From Eledone cirrhosa (lineage: Eukaryota), in assembly GCA_964016885.1 (NCBI GenBank), contig CAXHJY010000967.1, forward strand, positions 124,001-188,000: 64,000 nt of DNA, in the 5' to 3' direction. The notes below the pieces were generated by a model. It ran no database searches. It had not been told where the DNA came from and saw only the letters and a list, made by a program, of their open reading frames with translations. The position numbers and the translations under genes are program-made. Positions 1 through 15,200 of the stretch are shown here, in pieces. Every line of letters begins with the position of its first letter. The first letter of the stretch is position 1.

Positions 1-136
1 TTTTTCAGTATAACAAAATTTTTTCAATCCCCGAGGTAATAACAAACGCTCAATTTATTTTGGTCAATCTTGTTAATTTTTTGTTACAACAAATTTTTTT
101 ATACCCCATGAATTCCATTATAACGGAATTTAATTG
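1..136. mobile_element. Partial copy of the 25.2 kb MITE, opposite orientation, cut by window start
   Basis: Reverse complement similar to 25199-25320; ends TTATAACGGAATTTAATTG-TA. Confidence 0.65.
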
Positions 137-2020
137 TATCATCATCATAAACGATGATGATAATGATGATGATATATATATATATATATACACATAGACA
201 CACACACACCACAATAATGTGATCCATCTGTTTATTAATGATCACTGTTTGGCTAATTTCAAGATTAAAAATAGAAAGTAATTCTTAAAAATACCCAAAT
301 AACTAAAATGCTTAAAAAATATTTACAGTTGTTGTGAAGATGTAATAGATTCATATTCACGAACTGTTGCAAACAAGACATCACATCCCTAATCAGAATT
401 GGTGCATGGGTCCAATGGTAAGACAAGTCAAGAAAAGTGATTTAAAAAAAAAATCCAAGTCTGAGTAGACGTGGTTTTCTATTGCCTTTTCAAAACAAAC
501 TAGTTTTTAAACTCAGCAAAGTGGGCCAACTTTGATCAAAGATAAACCACTATTTTGACAAATTGTCAACTTGGCCAGCTGTGATTTGTCAAAGCAATAT
601 GAAACATTTGAGCTTACATTAACTCAGTATCTAAACTAGTATATGGATACATCCTTATCTAATCAACAGATTAGTGGTTAAAATACAATACTAATAAATA
701 CATGAATCCCTAAATAAAAAAACAAGTTTGATAACACTTTAATAAAGAATAAATTTAAGAGAATGAACCTGAAAGTAAAAAGAAACAAAGAGCTTGCTAT
801 GCATGAGCTATGACATGACAAAAGGCAATTTCTGGTTTCACTGACTCAAACAGGATTTCTATGTTTAAAATACCATAGTTGATATATAAACTTTCTGTTA
901 CTCCTACTGCATTACTTAGTAAACTGCAAGATCATATATAATACTTTCATATTTCTCTACTATATACAGATATTACATTTAGCTATGATCTTGATATAAG
1001 TTAATATAATCAGTTGATATGTTTTGTAAAAAAGAAGAAAAAAAAAACATTTTACCAATAAAATTTCAAATTCTGTAAAATGTACTTAAAAGAGTAAAAT
1101 AGCCAAAGTTAAGTGAAGAAGTAAGATTTCTGAAATACTGGATTTTAAGACATGAAAGGCTGCATATAATAATAGGTGAAGGGACCACAGAAAAGAATAA
1201 TATATAGGTTTCACTGACTTACATGCTTTTTTATGTATGCTTTTTCATGCCTCGCATGAGTTGGACAAGACTTTTAAAGGAAGCTTTTTAACATCCGGAT
1301 GCCAACCCAATTTATTTTTTAAGTATGGTGTATACTGCTGAGTTTTGAGTCTATGATGAACTTAAACAAATGAGGATGAGTCAAAGAACTCAAAAGGAAA
1401 GTGAGTGGTGAGAAGAGTGGATTCTACATACACACAAACACCAACTTTCAGCTCAAAGTTGAGATATAAATAGTAACCTGGGCAGCAGAGGTAGGTTAGA
1501 GACAGAGGATAAAGGATATATATGGCTTGTATCATCATTATCATCATCGTTTAACGTCCATCTTCCACGCTTGCATGGGTGTAGCTGGAGTTAAGATTAA
1601 GCTCAAGTTCATGTATATTAACAGATGGACAATTATCTAACTAATGTAATGTCTTTCTTAATCATGGCAAATGTAGTTTTATAAGGAATGGAAGAGGAGG
1701 TGAAATGCTCTGGATGTGCCAATAAATGTGAAAGGAATGTTTTGGAGCAAAGAATTTCACCCCTTTCAAATCCATAATACACTGATTAAGGCACTAAAAG
1801 TGTTACGGTTTGCCATCAGCTTTTCAATAGTTTTAAGGTGGTAGTGCCAGATTCAGGATAAAATGCTCTCAGTACAATTTGGTTGGCATTAGAAAAGGCA
1901 TCTAGCCATAGAAACCGAGCCAAAAATGGAGCATATGAGCAAGATGTAGTCATCTGATTAGTCTATCCTCAGTATGTGACAGCCCATCTAACCCAGGCAG
2001 GCATAGAATATATATATTAA

Positions 2021-2227
2021 CCCTTTAATGTTCAAACTGGCCAAAATTCTCTACCTCTTTCTGTTGAAACTGGCTGTAACTGGGCGCTCAAACTGATGTT
2101 AAGGTATTGTTCTCAAAATAAATACTTTCAAAATCTCATAGATTCGATATTATGTGACATAATTATGTGAGGTAAAGACTTTACCATGAAAATACAATAG
2201 TTATAGAGTAATGTGAATGTTAAAGGG
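2021..2227. mobile_element. piggyBac-type MITE family A (reverse orientation, diverged)
   Basis: TTAA-CCCTTTAATGTTCA...TGAATGTTAAAGGG-ATAA; internal match to the 60960 copy. Confidence 0.75.
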
Positions 2228-4764
2228 ATAAAAGATGATGGTGATGATTATATTAAAAATAAATAAGTATTAAAAGTGTCTGAAAACTGAGATGGGTGTA
2301 TACATTGTACTTTGATAGAAAGAAAGACACATACACCAATGTGGCACATGAAAGTTTTCTAAATATCCTAGCATTTTCTCACTTGTCTCAAAAGATTACA
2401 ATACATATGCGGACCATACACAGCACACAAGGGTGCCATGGCACAGTGGTTGGAAATGCTTGCTTTAGATTACACACTACAAAAGGGAAATAGAAACATC
2501 ATCGTTTAAGATATGTATTATGAAGATGAATTGTTAATTAATAAATTCAATGTCATTTTAATTGATGTTAGGGATTATTATTGTTGTGCAAACTCAAGTC
2601 AACTCTGATCTGAAGACATATAAATCCATTTTTCAAACAGTAAAAGGTAAACTTTAAAAGGTATCTGGTTGCTAATTTTATCAGGCTGAACAGCTATTTA
2701 GCTCCTTCATTTGGCTTGGGATTAATTACTTAAGGGACATAAAATATCTATAAATACTCAGTCAAATACACTGATACTCTATTGTAAATCTTCATTTAAT
2801 GTTCCTTAATAAATTGATAGGATTTAAAAAAATTAAATATAAGAACCATAGTGCTTTTTTAACACAACATTAACAACAAAAGTTCAAAAGCTAACTAGAA
2901 GTAAACTTAGAAAACCAACATTTTATAATATTTAGCAATATCATTGACACCTGTAAGTAATGAACTAGTTACATAATTCTAAAACATCTGGTTTATTCTT
3001 TCTCTATATTATTGGGAGTTTAAAAGATTATTGTTATTTTCGGTTAACTCACACTAAAAGGGAATAATTGTGAAATTAAATGGGAAGATTGTCATAATTA
3101 ATTGAGCGAGAATCCACTTTGCCTTTCATCCTTCCAGTGATCAATAAAATAAAGTACCAATCAAGTACTGAGGTCAATATAATCAACTACAGCCATCCCC
3201 AACTATGAGGTTTTGTGCCTATGCTAGAGAAATTAATATTACTGTAATAAGAGATACAAATATAAATCTGAAGCCAGTAAAATAACAGATAATTTCTATT
3301 TCATAATCAATGGAAAATAGATTAAATTTTCTCACTATTACACACACATAAGTGCAAGTACACATACAAAATGCATCTATATCTATTTAATATTTATTTT
3401 ACTTTTTGATAAATGACTATATGCTATTAATACTAACTTGTTTAGCTTATCAAAGCACACTTGTTGACTTACTGTAAGCTATTATCTTATTGGGGGTTTC
3501 TGTAGTCAATAAAGTATACAAAAGTCACTCAAAATTAATAAGAAAAATATCCATATTGTATTAACTTGAAACAAAAAGAACTACATTTAAAAATCGAATA
3601 CTCAGACAGGAAATCCTGAATGGAATAAATATATCTCATACCGTGAATGCTATTTCTGTATAAGTAGGAACAACAACACCCTGTCCCACCTCCCAAAAAT
3701 GAAAGAAAAGAAAAATATCACTTACAAATAATCATAACACAAAACACAAAATTTTGCAAGCTTTACAACATAGAATAAATGATAATAAAAAAAACAACAT
3801 AAAGAAGACAAGCTAAATAAACTGCATAACAATGGTAGAAAATTAGAAATCTGACATAAAAATAAAATGACAAACTCCATTTCTTACAGCTAATATATTT
3901 TACTGTGAAAACAAACCAAAGCATATAGAATGTATTCAAAGTACTTCTTCAAAATATTCTCTATGAATACATTGGTGTAATCAGAAAGTAGAAAAAATAC
4001 ACTTTACAACAAGAATTCAAAAAGAGAGAAAGAAAGAAAAATCATATATGCAAATAAATAAATAAAAAAAAATGAATTTTGTTTTTACCCATGAAATAAT
4101 TCATTGAACTGAACAGAATAGTGTTATAAGTAATTAAGAGAAAGCTAATTAAAACATAATAGTGACAATACATAATGGAGACAAAAGACACGACTAACAA
4201 AGAAACACCACAAAGATAAAAAGAAATTTAGAAGAAAAGAAAAATCAACTCTTAGCAAACTGTAACAAACACCTTTGAATAAAGTTTTACATAATATAAA
4301 TAAACTGCCATTAATTTGGAAACAAAATACAAAATGAACCAAGAAAATCTAAAAGATATTTGAAAATATTATTCTTTTCTGTTTTAGAAATTATAAAATA
4401 AAGAAAATATAGCTGTACATAAATAGCAATTCATAATTCATTATCACTCACACAAGACCAAACTGAGTTGATTGAATCACCTCAGTATTCTACTTTACTA
4501 ATCCTGGCAGATGAAAGAATTTCAACTCAGAAGGATAAAAAGTAAATACTACAATGTATTTAGTCGAAACAAGTCTTTAATTTCAGCAATTTACTATTAT
4601 AACAATTATGATAATTTTAGTTATATATTTCTAAGATACACTTTCCAATGATATATGTTGTTTGTGTACTCATTCTTATCATTAATACATATAAGGCTGA
4701 CATGAATAATCTACAAATATTACATTTCTATTAATAATAATTGGGTTTAATATATATAGATAAA

Positions 4765-4949
4765 GGCGGTGAATTGGCAGTATCGGTAGAGGGTCGGACG
4801 CCATGCTTTCCAGCATAGTTACGTCCCTTTACTATCTGAGTTCAAATCCCGCCGAGGTTGACTTTGCCTTTCATCCTTACGGGGTCGATAAAATAAAGTA
4901 CCAGTAATGAACTGGGTATTTGCTGGCCTTGTGCCTAAAGTAGACACAA
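4765..4949 (+). mobile_element. tRNA-derived SINE, young family
   Basis: A-box-like TGGCAGTATCGG, B-box GAGTTCAAATCC, body GACTTTGCCTTTCATCCTTACGGGGTCGATAAAATAAAGTACCAGT; multi-copy in window. Confidence 0.9.
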
Positions 4950-6075
4950 ATATATATAGATAAAATATATAAGAACTTAGAAATTCAAATTTCATTAAGA
5001 AAGGTGTGACAAATATAAGAAAATGCCACCAAAATGAATTATTGTATGTACTTGAATATAAGCTGACCTCCTTATGTCTGATAAACAAGTAAAAATTCAA
5101 CCCTGTGTATAAACCAAGGCAGCTAAAGAAAGCAACACATAGTATTTAGCAAGGAAACACATAATATTTAGATAGAGCAGTTTATATTTATGAGGAGAAT
5201 ATATTTATGAAGTTTTAATATTTTGATATCTAAAATGTTTTAAGTGTCATTTAAAGTATAGTTTTTGTTTCACAATTCTGAACATAATGATTTTTTTTTT
5301 TACCAATTTCCAACTGTTTTGAAGACCATATTCATTCAAAATAAATTTCACCTCCTAAGTGAAACCGGTGTAATATTCACCTCAAAAGCAAAAATATTTT
5401 AGCACCACATTTATGTAGAATTTGGAGTTGGTGAAAATTGGCAAAATATTGACCTCCATTTTACAATTGATTTTTTGGGGTCACATATTTCTCAGCTTAT
5501 ATACAAGTGTATACAGTAAATAAACATGTGCAGATAGCAGATTAATCAGCTTAGGCTTACTGTCAAATTTGTTGATTGGGATAGTTAATAGTTTCTGTTA
5601 CTAAAATAATTTAACATATTACCACAGACTGGATAGATTCCAGTGTTTGGTAGAAACTTAGGAAAGTGTGTACTTTATTGATAACAATAGAATTCTTTGA
5701 TTAGAATTAGTTTTGAATCAGAAATCAGATGATGTAAGGTATTAACTCTTTTGATCACAAACTGCCTGAAAATGATCTTGGGTCTAAAATACAAGATTGT
5801 TTGTTTTAAAATATTTATATCTATCTAAAAATCATCCATCATAATTTTATGTTAAAAACATTACATCAAAAATGTGAAAGTTATAATACTACATGCCTCA
5901 AAATTCTTGACTATTTTCAAAATTATTTAAAAATCATAAACAGTGACATTCATTAGAAATATGGTAATAACTGCAAAGAGATATAGAGAACAAGTAAAGG
6001 AACAGAGAAGCATTGTCAAATATATGGCCTAAATATGAGTGAAAATGCATAACTGAGAAATATGTAACACCTTAA

Positions 6076-6296
6076 CCCTTTAGCATTTACATTACTCTAT
6101 ATTTACTATTGTATTTTCACAGCAAAGGCTTTATTTCACATAATTATCTCACATAATACTGAATCTATGAGATTTTGATATTATTTATTTTGAGAACAAT
6201 ACCTTAATGCCAGTATGAGCAGCTGATTACAACCAGTTTGAACAGATAGAAGTGAGAGAATTCTGGCTGGATACGGCCATTTTAAATGCTAACGGG
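6076..6296. mobile_element. piggyBac-type MITE family A
   Basis: TTAA-CCCTTTAGCATTTA...TAAATGCTAACGGG-TTAA. Confidence 0.85.
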
Positions 6297-9054
6297 TTAA
6301 GGTAAGGACTTTAATCTTCATGTAAGGGAAAATGTATTATGAATAGTGACAACTGATAAGGACAGCTATTCCAATTTGAACTAACATGGAAAGTTGGCAG
6401 TGAATCATTATCTTGGTGACATTATTTAAATCATTCTCATGTGCATCTATTTCTCAAATTGATCTAAATCTGAATTTTATCTTTTATACTAATGCTTGCA
6501 TACAGAAACATTTCTTATGTCTGACATCAGTCTGCATGTTTTAATAAAACCCTATTCAATTACCAGCAACATAAATTTAATTACTTTGGGTAAAGGCAAC
6601 ATTAAACCCCAGAACATATATGGAAAAAATGAAATGAGAAAATGATAAACACGTCTATTTAGGAATATTTTATGTTTTTGTTTGTTTTTTTTGTAAAAGA
6701 TATTAATGAAAAGTTTACATCAGAACAAATACAAGATTACAAAAAGAATGCTAGAACATTTTGATTGTCAAAAAGAAAGTAGCTTGCTTTATTATTCTAT
6801 TTACATTTAAAATAATTTTATAAACAGCAGGAAACTAAAGAAAATGAATCAATAACAACTTTCATTATAAGCAATTAATACTTATAAAAAAACAGAAGTG
6901 TATAATACTGCTAATTCTATCTTATTGCCAAATATTTTACTGAGGTTTTATAGAAAGATTTGGGAATAAATTATTATCTCTATATTTCTAGATAGAGTTA
7001 ATTGAAATATTAACCTTATGCTCTATATCATATCTACATTACCTTTCGATCAGAAACATCTTTACTCATCAGTTGATATACCTTTTTACCTATAAATATG
7101 GGAATGAATTCATAAACAATCTACAAAGTTTCAATGTAGCAGATAGGGGCATTAATACAAATGAATATAATAGAGCCTGTAGACAATCAGAGAACATATC
7201 GATAAAAAATATAATGTATTTAGAAACACAAAATAGAATTTTCTGTTCTATTGAACAATTCAATTCTGTATCAATATCATAACTATTTTCTCCCAGTAAC
7301 AAATTTGTTACATTGTCTAGGATTTATAAATCCACTTTACAAAGGCTAACCAATGTTGAAAATGCTCTGCCTAAGCATTCAATATTATCTCTACATTCAC
7401 ACAAATATATTTGCCAATAAGAGTATCACAAAGCAGCAAATTAGCAAAGTCATCAGTGCATTGGATTAATATATTTGCCACATTTGATCTGAACCTCTAC
7501 ATTCAAATCCCATTAAGGTCAACTTTGACTTTCATTCTTTCATGGTTAATAAATAAAGTACCAGCCTAAAGCAATGAATTAGTGGAATTGTTAGAGCATT
7601 GGACATGATACCTTGTGGTATCTCTTTCAGCTCTGTGTTTTCTGAGTTTGCCTGCAATGTACTCTGGTGCCAAGTTATGTTAGTATTTGCCTTTCTCTTG
7701 GACAGTATCAGTGGCATGAAGAGGAGAAACTTCCATGCACGGGCAATTACTGATCTCCTTCAAAAATACCTAGTCGAAGTTTACACCTTGGAGAGGAACT
7801 TCCCAGTTGCAAACTCATGATCAGCTATGGCCAAAAATATATGGTTACAAATATGTTTTTAATTACCTATAAATATACAATCAATTAGGAGTCTTATATT
7901 TGCTCAAATATAAATATATAGTCATTAGATGTGTTTCTAGTCTTACAATAATACAATGTTACTTGGATTATGTCAGCACTTACATTTTAATATATAGATA
8001 CTTTTAAGAAAGTGTAATTTAAAGCAATCAGAATAATGAAATTGATGATGAGGGTGATTGTCTTCTGAACCTTTTACTTATTTAATAGAAAAGTTGACAT
8101 TAAAATACATATCCACTGTAGAGAGGGGTATAAAAGGTCCTTAGAGGTAAACTCCAAGGAGACAGTTTTACTAGACATACACTTTACACAACTAAAACTC
8201 TGAGTCTCTACAAATGCTAACCTCCCAATACCATCATCTAAAACACCTGATTTCTTCCCCTTGCCACCACCATAAACCACATAATAAATACCTTGCTCTA
8301 CCCCAGCCCCTGCCTTTCTAAAACTCAATTTGTCCAGTCTCCTGCACACATCAATCTACAGAAATTCAAGATGAAAATCAACTGCATCAACCTCACCAGA
8401 ACTTGCAAATGCTATGAGCATTATCACTCAAACTAAACAGAATACTTTGTTTTCAACTGACCATTCAGCAACTATTCAGTATAAAAACATGAATAATTCC
8501 TGTGACTGCTTCAGAAAAAAACATTTCAATACCTACTTTTCTGACAATATGGGATATAATAAACAGAATATGCAATATGAGCTGAAGATTACGTTTTAAG
8601 AAACATTGGAAATGTACATTACTAAAAATGTGATGTTATGTAAAACTTAATAAAAACCTTTCTTTATAAGCAGAGTTAAGTCCCTATAAATATTCTTTAT
8701 CATCTCTCCTTGTTTATTTCATATTTATCTCCATCATTTCCTTTATATAAGAAATCTGTTGTTCAGCAGCAGGTCAACACTCATTGAGCAAATCTATGAT
8801 CAAAAGCATTCCAGCCATAACCATCCAGTATTTTAAGAGGTATGTAGGAATAAATTATCTAATGTCTCTTTTCCATGTTTAAAATAGTGAAGTGTGATTT
8901 AAGGGAAAGTTTGCTGTTATTTCTAGCAGGCTGATCAGAAATGTTTTTGATTTATTTCATGAACAGGATTGTCTAACTTTCTTCATATAAACAGGATTGA
9001 CATGCTCAGCCAGATTGGAAGCGGTATCACAACTGGTGAGTGTATAATAATGAT

Positions 9055-9428
9055 ATAATAATGAAATTATTGTGTAAAGTGCTCAGGTGCACCACAACTC
9101 GTCAATATAGTACATAGAATAATACACAAATATCAGGGAAGTACATGTGTGTATGTGTTAGCTGTAGTGTTGGAGGATCTCGGGAAGCATGGAGGCCTTA
9201 AAGGATGTAGTGTCTCGACAGCTAACAACTAATGCAAGTAGTTTGTTCCATGCTTCAGCAACTCTGAGCGTGAAAAAATGTTTCCGAAAGTCATGGGAAC
9301 TGTGCTGTTTTCTTACTTTGTGGGCATGTCCACGTGTGTTAGACACATGGAAATGAAAAAGGTACTCAGGGTTGTTGTTGGCAACATGGTGTAGGATCAG
9401 TTGGTTGGAATTTGCAGACAACATGGTA
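9055..9428 (-). mobile_element. 5'-truncated copy of the same CR1 family
   Basis: Highly similar to 62180-62560 (NTRGHAHKV...FFTLRVAEAWNKL plus 3' UTR). Confidence 0.9.
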
Positions 9429-9434
9429 TTATTT

Positions 9435-10225
9435 AACTCATCAGAAGGTGATCTCTGACATGTAGTTGATAGGTTGATGCTGAGTGCTGCACGACTGGAA
9501 TGAACATCAGTGCTATAAAGACTGAGACACTCGTCCTCTCAAGAAAGTCTGTACAGTGCACTCTACATGGGAATGGAGTTCCACAGAAGCCGGTGGAGAG
9601 GTTCAAGTATCTTGGGGCTGTGTTCACAAGTGATGGAAAGTAGAAGGCTGAATTAAGTGCAAGAATTGCAGGAGCTGGTGCAATAATGTGCCAGCTTCAG
9701 CATTTGGTAATCAGGAGAAGGGAGGTAGGTGTATAAGCTAAACTCACTATATTCAATTCAGTATTTATGCCATCACTTACCTATGGCCATGAATCTATTC
9801 CAACACTTACTTATTTGAAAGAACGTAATCGCAAATGAAAGTGGCCGAAATAGGGTTCCTCTGAAGGGTTTATGAATTAATATTACTCGATAGAGTTCAT
9901 AGCTTAGAGATGAGAGAGTCGCTCCAGGTAGAGCCATTACTTTTCTGAATTGAGAGATCACAGCTCCCATATTATGGTCATGTGATTAGAATGTCAAAAA
10001 GAATCACTGGACAGATTTTATAGGCAAAACCAACTGGCAGGAGACCCATGAAGTAGACCCCAAGCAAGATGATTGGATAACATCCATGAGCTCGGCTGGT
10101 CTCACTTGTGGATCCAGCTGGATCAAGTGAAGATGTTGCTTCTGACAAGACTCACTGGAAGGAGTGTTTGAGGACTCTGTCCCTCATGATTCACCCAGGA
10201 ATAAGTGGGCAAAAAAGAAGAGAAG
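9435..10225 (+). mobile_element. Degenerate RTE LINE 3' part (Expander/Rex3-like family)
   Basis: GMNISAIKTETLVLSRK...VERFKYLGAVFTSDG...SLTYGHE, then YGHVIRM-like motif; stops and frameshifts. Confidence 0.8.
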
Positions 10226-11779
10226 TCATTTCAATATTACAGCAGTGTAATCTGGAGTTATGAGGACTACTAACCCCATGATTATAAGTTAAGATCTTAC
10301 AAGAGAATGTTTACATCATTTCCTAACCAAATTTTGTTTGCTCCAATTTGCCTAGACAACTAGGAGGATCCAGTAAATGAAAACAGTTGCTCGGGCAAAT
10401 AAACAACCCCACCTATGTAAACATGACCAAATTGATATGAAGCAGATTAAAACATCTTTTATATTTAAGTTTCTATACATCTCTTGAACTGCATTTGATT
10501 TTAAGACTTTTCTAAATCTGTTGTATATGTTTAGTCAGGAAGTGTACGGCAGTGACCATGGCCCTTTTAAGGGCCTCGGAGATTGGGTAAGACATCCAAG
10601 AGACAGGCTGTGGTCATAAATCAGGCAAAAGATTAAAACTAAAACCTAAAATATGCTCTTTTGTAATGCGAACAGTTAATGTAAATTATCAGTTAGTATT
10701 ATAATAAAATACCTATGTCACACTAGGTAGCATAATATTAAGTACTTATTTGTAAACAGAGAACAGGCTGTGTGTGTGAATGTTTTAGTTAAACTACTCT
10801 GGGACAAGGAACATCATGATGAAATCACAAAAAGAATGGTAACACACCACCCTACACACAATATTTCATATACTGTTCTAATCTTAAATATCTTCAACAT
10901 CCCAAACTTTTTTCTCTTTAAACATATCTAGAGGATCAATGTAAATTAAATTACTCTATTACTAAATTTCATTTATTATATCAAAATGTTTAAACTTTCT
11001 AAAAGTGCTACAGGAACAAATCAACTACAGACATCTTAAATGATAACTTTTTGAGATAAGAAAAAAATATGCAATTTAAGAATTTGGTCTTAATTTGGAA
11101 ATGTAATTTCAAGCACCATTTATTTTATGAATTTTCCACTAAGTTATAGATAAATAATAAAAAATAAAAATTGAAAAAATTGAAATATACATCAAATATG
11201 AGAAGAGTGATGATATAAGCTGGTAGTTATAGCATGCATAAGCTGGTTAGTCTTGATACCATACTTTCTTTCAGATTAGCAAAATGATGCTAGCATTTCT
11301 TCTTCACCCCACCCTTGTTTTTTAAATCTCCTTATTAAGCATAAAAATTACTCATGAATTAGTAGTAAAGATACATGATACATGATAAAACAATAGAAAC
11401 ATTTAAGAGATACACAGCACACATATGTACATATATAAATATATATGTAAATATAAAGATTTTGCATATATTATAATGAAGGTGACCAAGTAAATTCGGA
11501 CAACATTTACATGATGCATTGTTATATGAGAGAAACAGAAAAGAAATTAGACATATATGTAAATATCATTTTCAAAGTTAAATACAATAACTTTGCATTA
11601 TCAATTAAAAATGTGAGACAAAAAAATATGAAATAATAATTATTGAAGAAGTCTGTTTGGTTAACAGTTACTCTAAGAATCTATTCCATCCAAAACAGCA
11701 TACAGACAAGACAAGGCTAAAGAGAGATCTAAAGACAGAAGAGAGGAAGGAGTATTAGGAATATAGAAAACGGTCTTAC

Positions 11780-11821
11780 AGGCATCTGCATATCCAAAAA
11801 ATTTGAGAGGCCAATCCAAAC
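11780..11821 (-). CDS. Candidate 42-nt internal exon of the minus-strand gene
   Basis: ttttcag|GTTTGGATTGGCCTCTCAAATTTTTTGGATATGCAGATGCCT|gtaaga; frame-preserving; in phase 1 reads (R)LDWPLKFFGYADA. Splice signals only, no homology confirmation. Confidence 0.35.
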
Positions 11822-12012
11822 CTGAAAATATTATTATGTCAAAACTAGAAAACTGGCAGCACTCACAATACAGCCCAGGTCATGTAATCTGAAGGAAAAT
11901 ACATTGGAGGCTAGCAAAACTTGTGTATGTTTGCTGTGTATTGTTTAAAATATTTGTAAATAACTCTTCAAAAAGTTAAAATATAAGGCAAACAATGAAC
12001 TTCAAAGTTTCA

Positions 12013-12015
<3 letters not shown>

Positions 12016-12064
<49 letters not shown>

Positions 12065-12179
12065 ATTATATATATATATATATATTATATATATATATAT
12101 ATTATATATATATATTATATATATATATATATATTATATATATATATATATATTATATATATATATTATATATTATATA

Positions 12180-12261
<82 letters not shown>
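12016..12261. repeat. Interrupted (TA)n microsatellite
   Basis: ~245 bp of TA with periodic TT phase shifts; shorter (TA)n or (GA)n tracts at ~41365-41430, ~42590-42640 and ~42758-42806. Confidence 0.98.
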
Positions 12262-12264
<3 letters not shown>

Positions 12265-15200
12265 CATACATCAACTGTATGCAAATAACAATGTCACAAA
12301 CATAAATATATCATACAAACTAAAACATGTTTAAAGAATGATATAAGCAAAAATGTAATGCAAAAAACAATCAATAAATGCAAAATAATAAAAAAAAAAT
12401 TATGTGAATATATATATATATATATATATTTGATTCCTATTTCTGATATTTTAAGTGTATGTGTACTGAAGTGCTAAACCACAATTGCAATTTCATCAAA
12501 AATTAAGCAGACAAAAGTTTATTGCATTACAACTAAAATACATTTTACTGGTCTATCAAATTTCTATTAGTTTATACATTAAGTCTTTATATCTCTTGCA
12601 ACAAAATGAAAATAAAAATTTTTCATTCATTATTCTCATTTTCTTTAATATTGTTTTTGCCTAAAAATATAATTATTCAGTTTCCACAACATAACTACAT
12701 CTAAATTCTGCAGATATTTGAAAATACTTAATTTGATATTAACATTTATAAACGAACTCCAGCAATACAGTGAATCAAATCTTTAACCAAAAGGCTTAGA
12801 GGAAAGCATCAATTTCAAGGTATGATTGAATTCAGTAGTCTAAATTTTGTGAAATTTCAAAATGTTTACTAATACTAGAAAGAGGGGAAGAAAAAGAGAG
12901 ATAAAGATTATAGTTAAGATAATTCTAAGATGAAATCTACATTACATCTACTTATTAATAGAGAAGCATTTTAAAATAATTATTTTAACATCTTAGATAA
13001 ATGATTAGCTTGGTATGAACTAGCTACAGAAGCAACATGTGGCCATTTTATATTAACTAAAAAATGAATGCAGAAGGAATGGCCTAACAGGTAAAAGAAT
13101 AATGGAATGCTTTGTGAGATGTACTTTGAAGTTTGTTTCTATGTTTAAATTTTGCTTTGACCAATGTTGCCTGTCAATGAATTCCTAAAACAAGATGTGC
13201 TTCTAATAAATCAAGCTCTATCTCTTCATAAAGGAGGGAGCACAGTCGTAAAAAATAAAATTGAGGGTGTGGCTTCAATATTGTTAATTCTATATCAATA
13301 TTCTCTAAATAAGCATTAAAAATATTTGGAATATTTTTGGCAAAAATTACTGGAGCCTGTATTTCACTTATATCTAAAAATAATGTTTAAGCTCTCTATA
13401 ATTATTTATGTGACAATATTCCCAAATCTAGTATTTATGTAAGAATTCTGTAAATAACAACAAATAAAAGATTGTAATTATATCCCACCAAGTTTATCCT
13501 GGTTTTCTTTGTTTAAAAAGCACCAAGCAAATTTGTTTCTTATTATTTTTCTCAGATTAATTACGGTCATATTAAACACATGGACCAACCTAGTGCAAAC
13601 TAGACTTAATGTAACTTAATTTCAGTAAAATTTCATATTAAGCACATAGACCATCTAAGTGCAAACTAGATTTAATGTAGTTTAATTTCAGTAAATAAAG
13701 TTAATATATATTTCAGAAATTTAGCAAAGACAAATATAATTTTGTTGCAGCCACTATTATAGAATTAAGCCAGCCAACAATGGAACAACACTCAAAGGTT
13801 TGCAAAATAAAAAAAACATTTGAAGAAACAAATAAAAATAAATAAATAGATAAATAAATAGCATACTTTAGTCAACAGTGGTACCTGACAATTTGAAAAA
13901 GCAGCAAGGTATTTGTATATGTGTAAGTTGAAACTTTGAAGCAATGACAGTAAAGTTTATTAGCGAAACAAGATATTCAGAACACATCAACTGAGAGGCT
14001 TTAAAGAATAAAAAAAAAAATAACAAGCCTATAAAGAATGAGAAACATTTAATATGAATTCTCTCTTCCAAAATCCAATAGTGTATCATTTTTGAAAGGT
14101 TGGTTTCAAGTATCTTAGGGCACAATACTTTGCAGGTATACAAAAAGAAGTCAGTTGAAGAAGTGAATTACACTGACTGAAGAAGCTGACTGATTGTAAG
14201 AAGTGTTATAGATGACATGACATTCTAGTAAATAAAACATATTTCAGAATAGCATCAAGGACAGCTAGAAACAAGAACAACAAACATCAGCAAATATGTT
14301 CTAATCAATAGTTAAAACAATAATGATATTAAAATAAAAAGATAACTAAGCAAGTGCCATATAAAAATGGAAGCCACACAACACCTAAGATAACTATACT
14401 AAAAATACAAAGATGTTTAGTTTGGGGATTTTCTTTCCTCATATTTATTTTTAAGAAAGAATCTATGCCAATAGCTGTTTCATTTTTTATACGGCTAGGT
14501 CTGCAGTTTCATACAAATAGCCAAGTATGTAGTTTCATACAAATAGCCAAGTATGTTTATGTTTTATTTAGTAATCATAACAAAGTTATATCCTATTAAA
14601 CATTTCTAAATATCTGTAGCATTTCATTGTAAATGACTGCAAGGATAAAAAATATATAACCTGTTAAATATAGTGTATAAAAGAAAAATGATTACAGCAA
14701 ATAGATTTTATAGGTTAGAAACAAGCTTTTATGAGCTACTGAATGCACTCAAAGGAAATAAAGAGGGGAAAAAAGACTGCATTATGATAATATGACTATC
14801 TTATAAAAACATCACATTAATCACATAATAGATCTACAAATTGTAGACCAATCTCTTATGACTATAAAGATATAAAAATATAAGTAATGAATAAACCCAT
14901 TGAAATAAATCTAGAAATGAATTTTCTCATACTGACACCATTCATTACTGGATATAATTTGTTGAGAATTTTTTCAAAGAATGTTTAGACTCTTCAACTT
15001 ATTTATTATACTATTCTTTACATTGCATTTGTATGATCTTTCTGCTTTTCTAGTAAATTCAAGGTTAATTGGCCAAGGCAACCCTGTTTTGTTTGACATA
15101 TATATATGAAGTAAAATGCAAAGTAGACAGGTGTAGATAAGAAATATTAATTATAGATACAGTTACTATTGGTATATGTAGTATCAAAACTATTCAAACT

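Noticed and set aside
7044-7072. CTGATGA...CGAAA on the minus strand as a hammerhead
   Set aside because: Helix II is poor and there is no helix I or III pairing.
8074-8420. 91-aa ORF in a GC-richer patch
   Set aside because: No recognisable domain or convincing splice boundaries.
10530-10620. GC-rich patch with exon-like signals on both strands
   Set aside because: Strand is ambiguous and there is no homology; cannot be supported from sequence alone.
11995-12288. YI-repeat ORFs
   Set aside because: (TA)n microsatellite.
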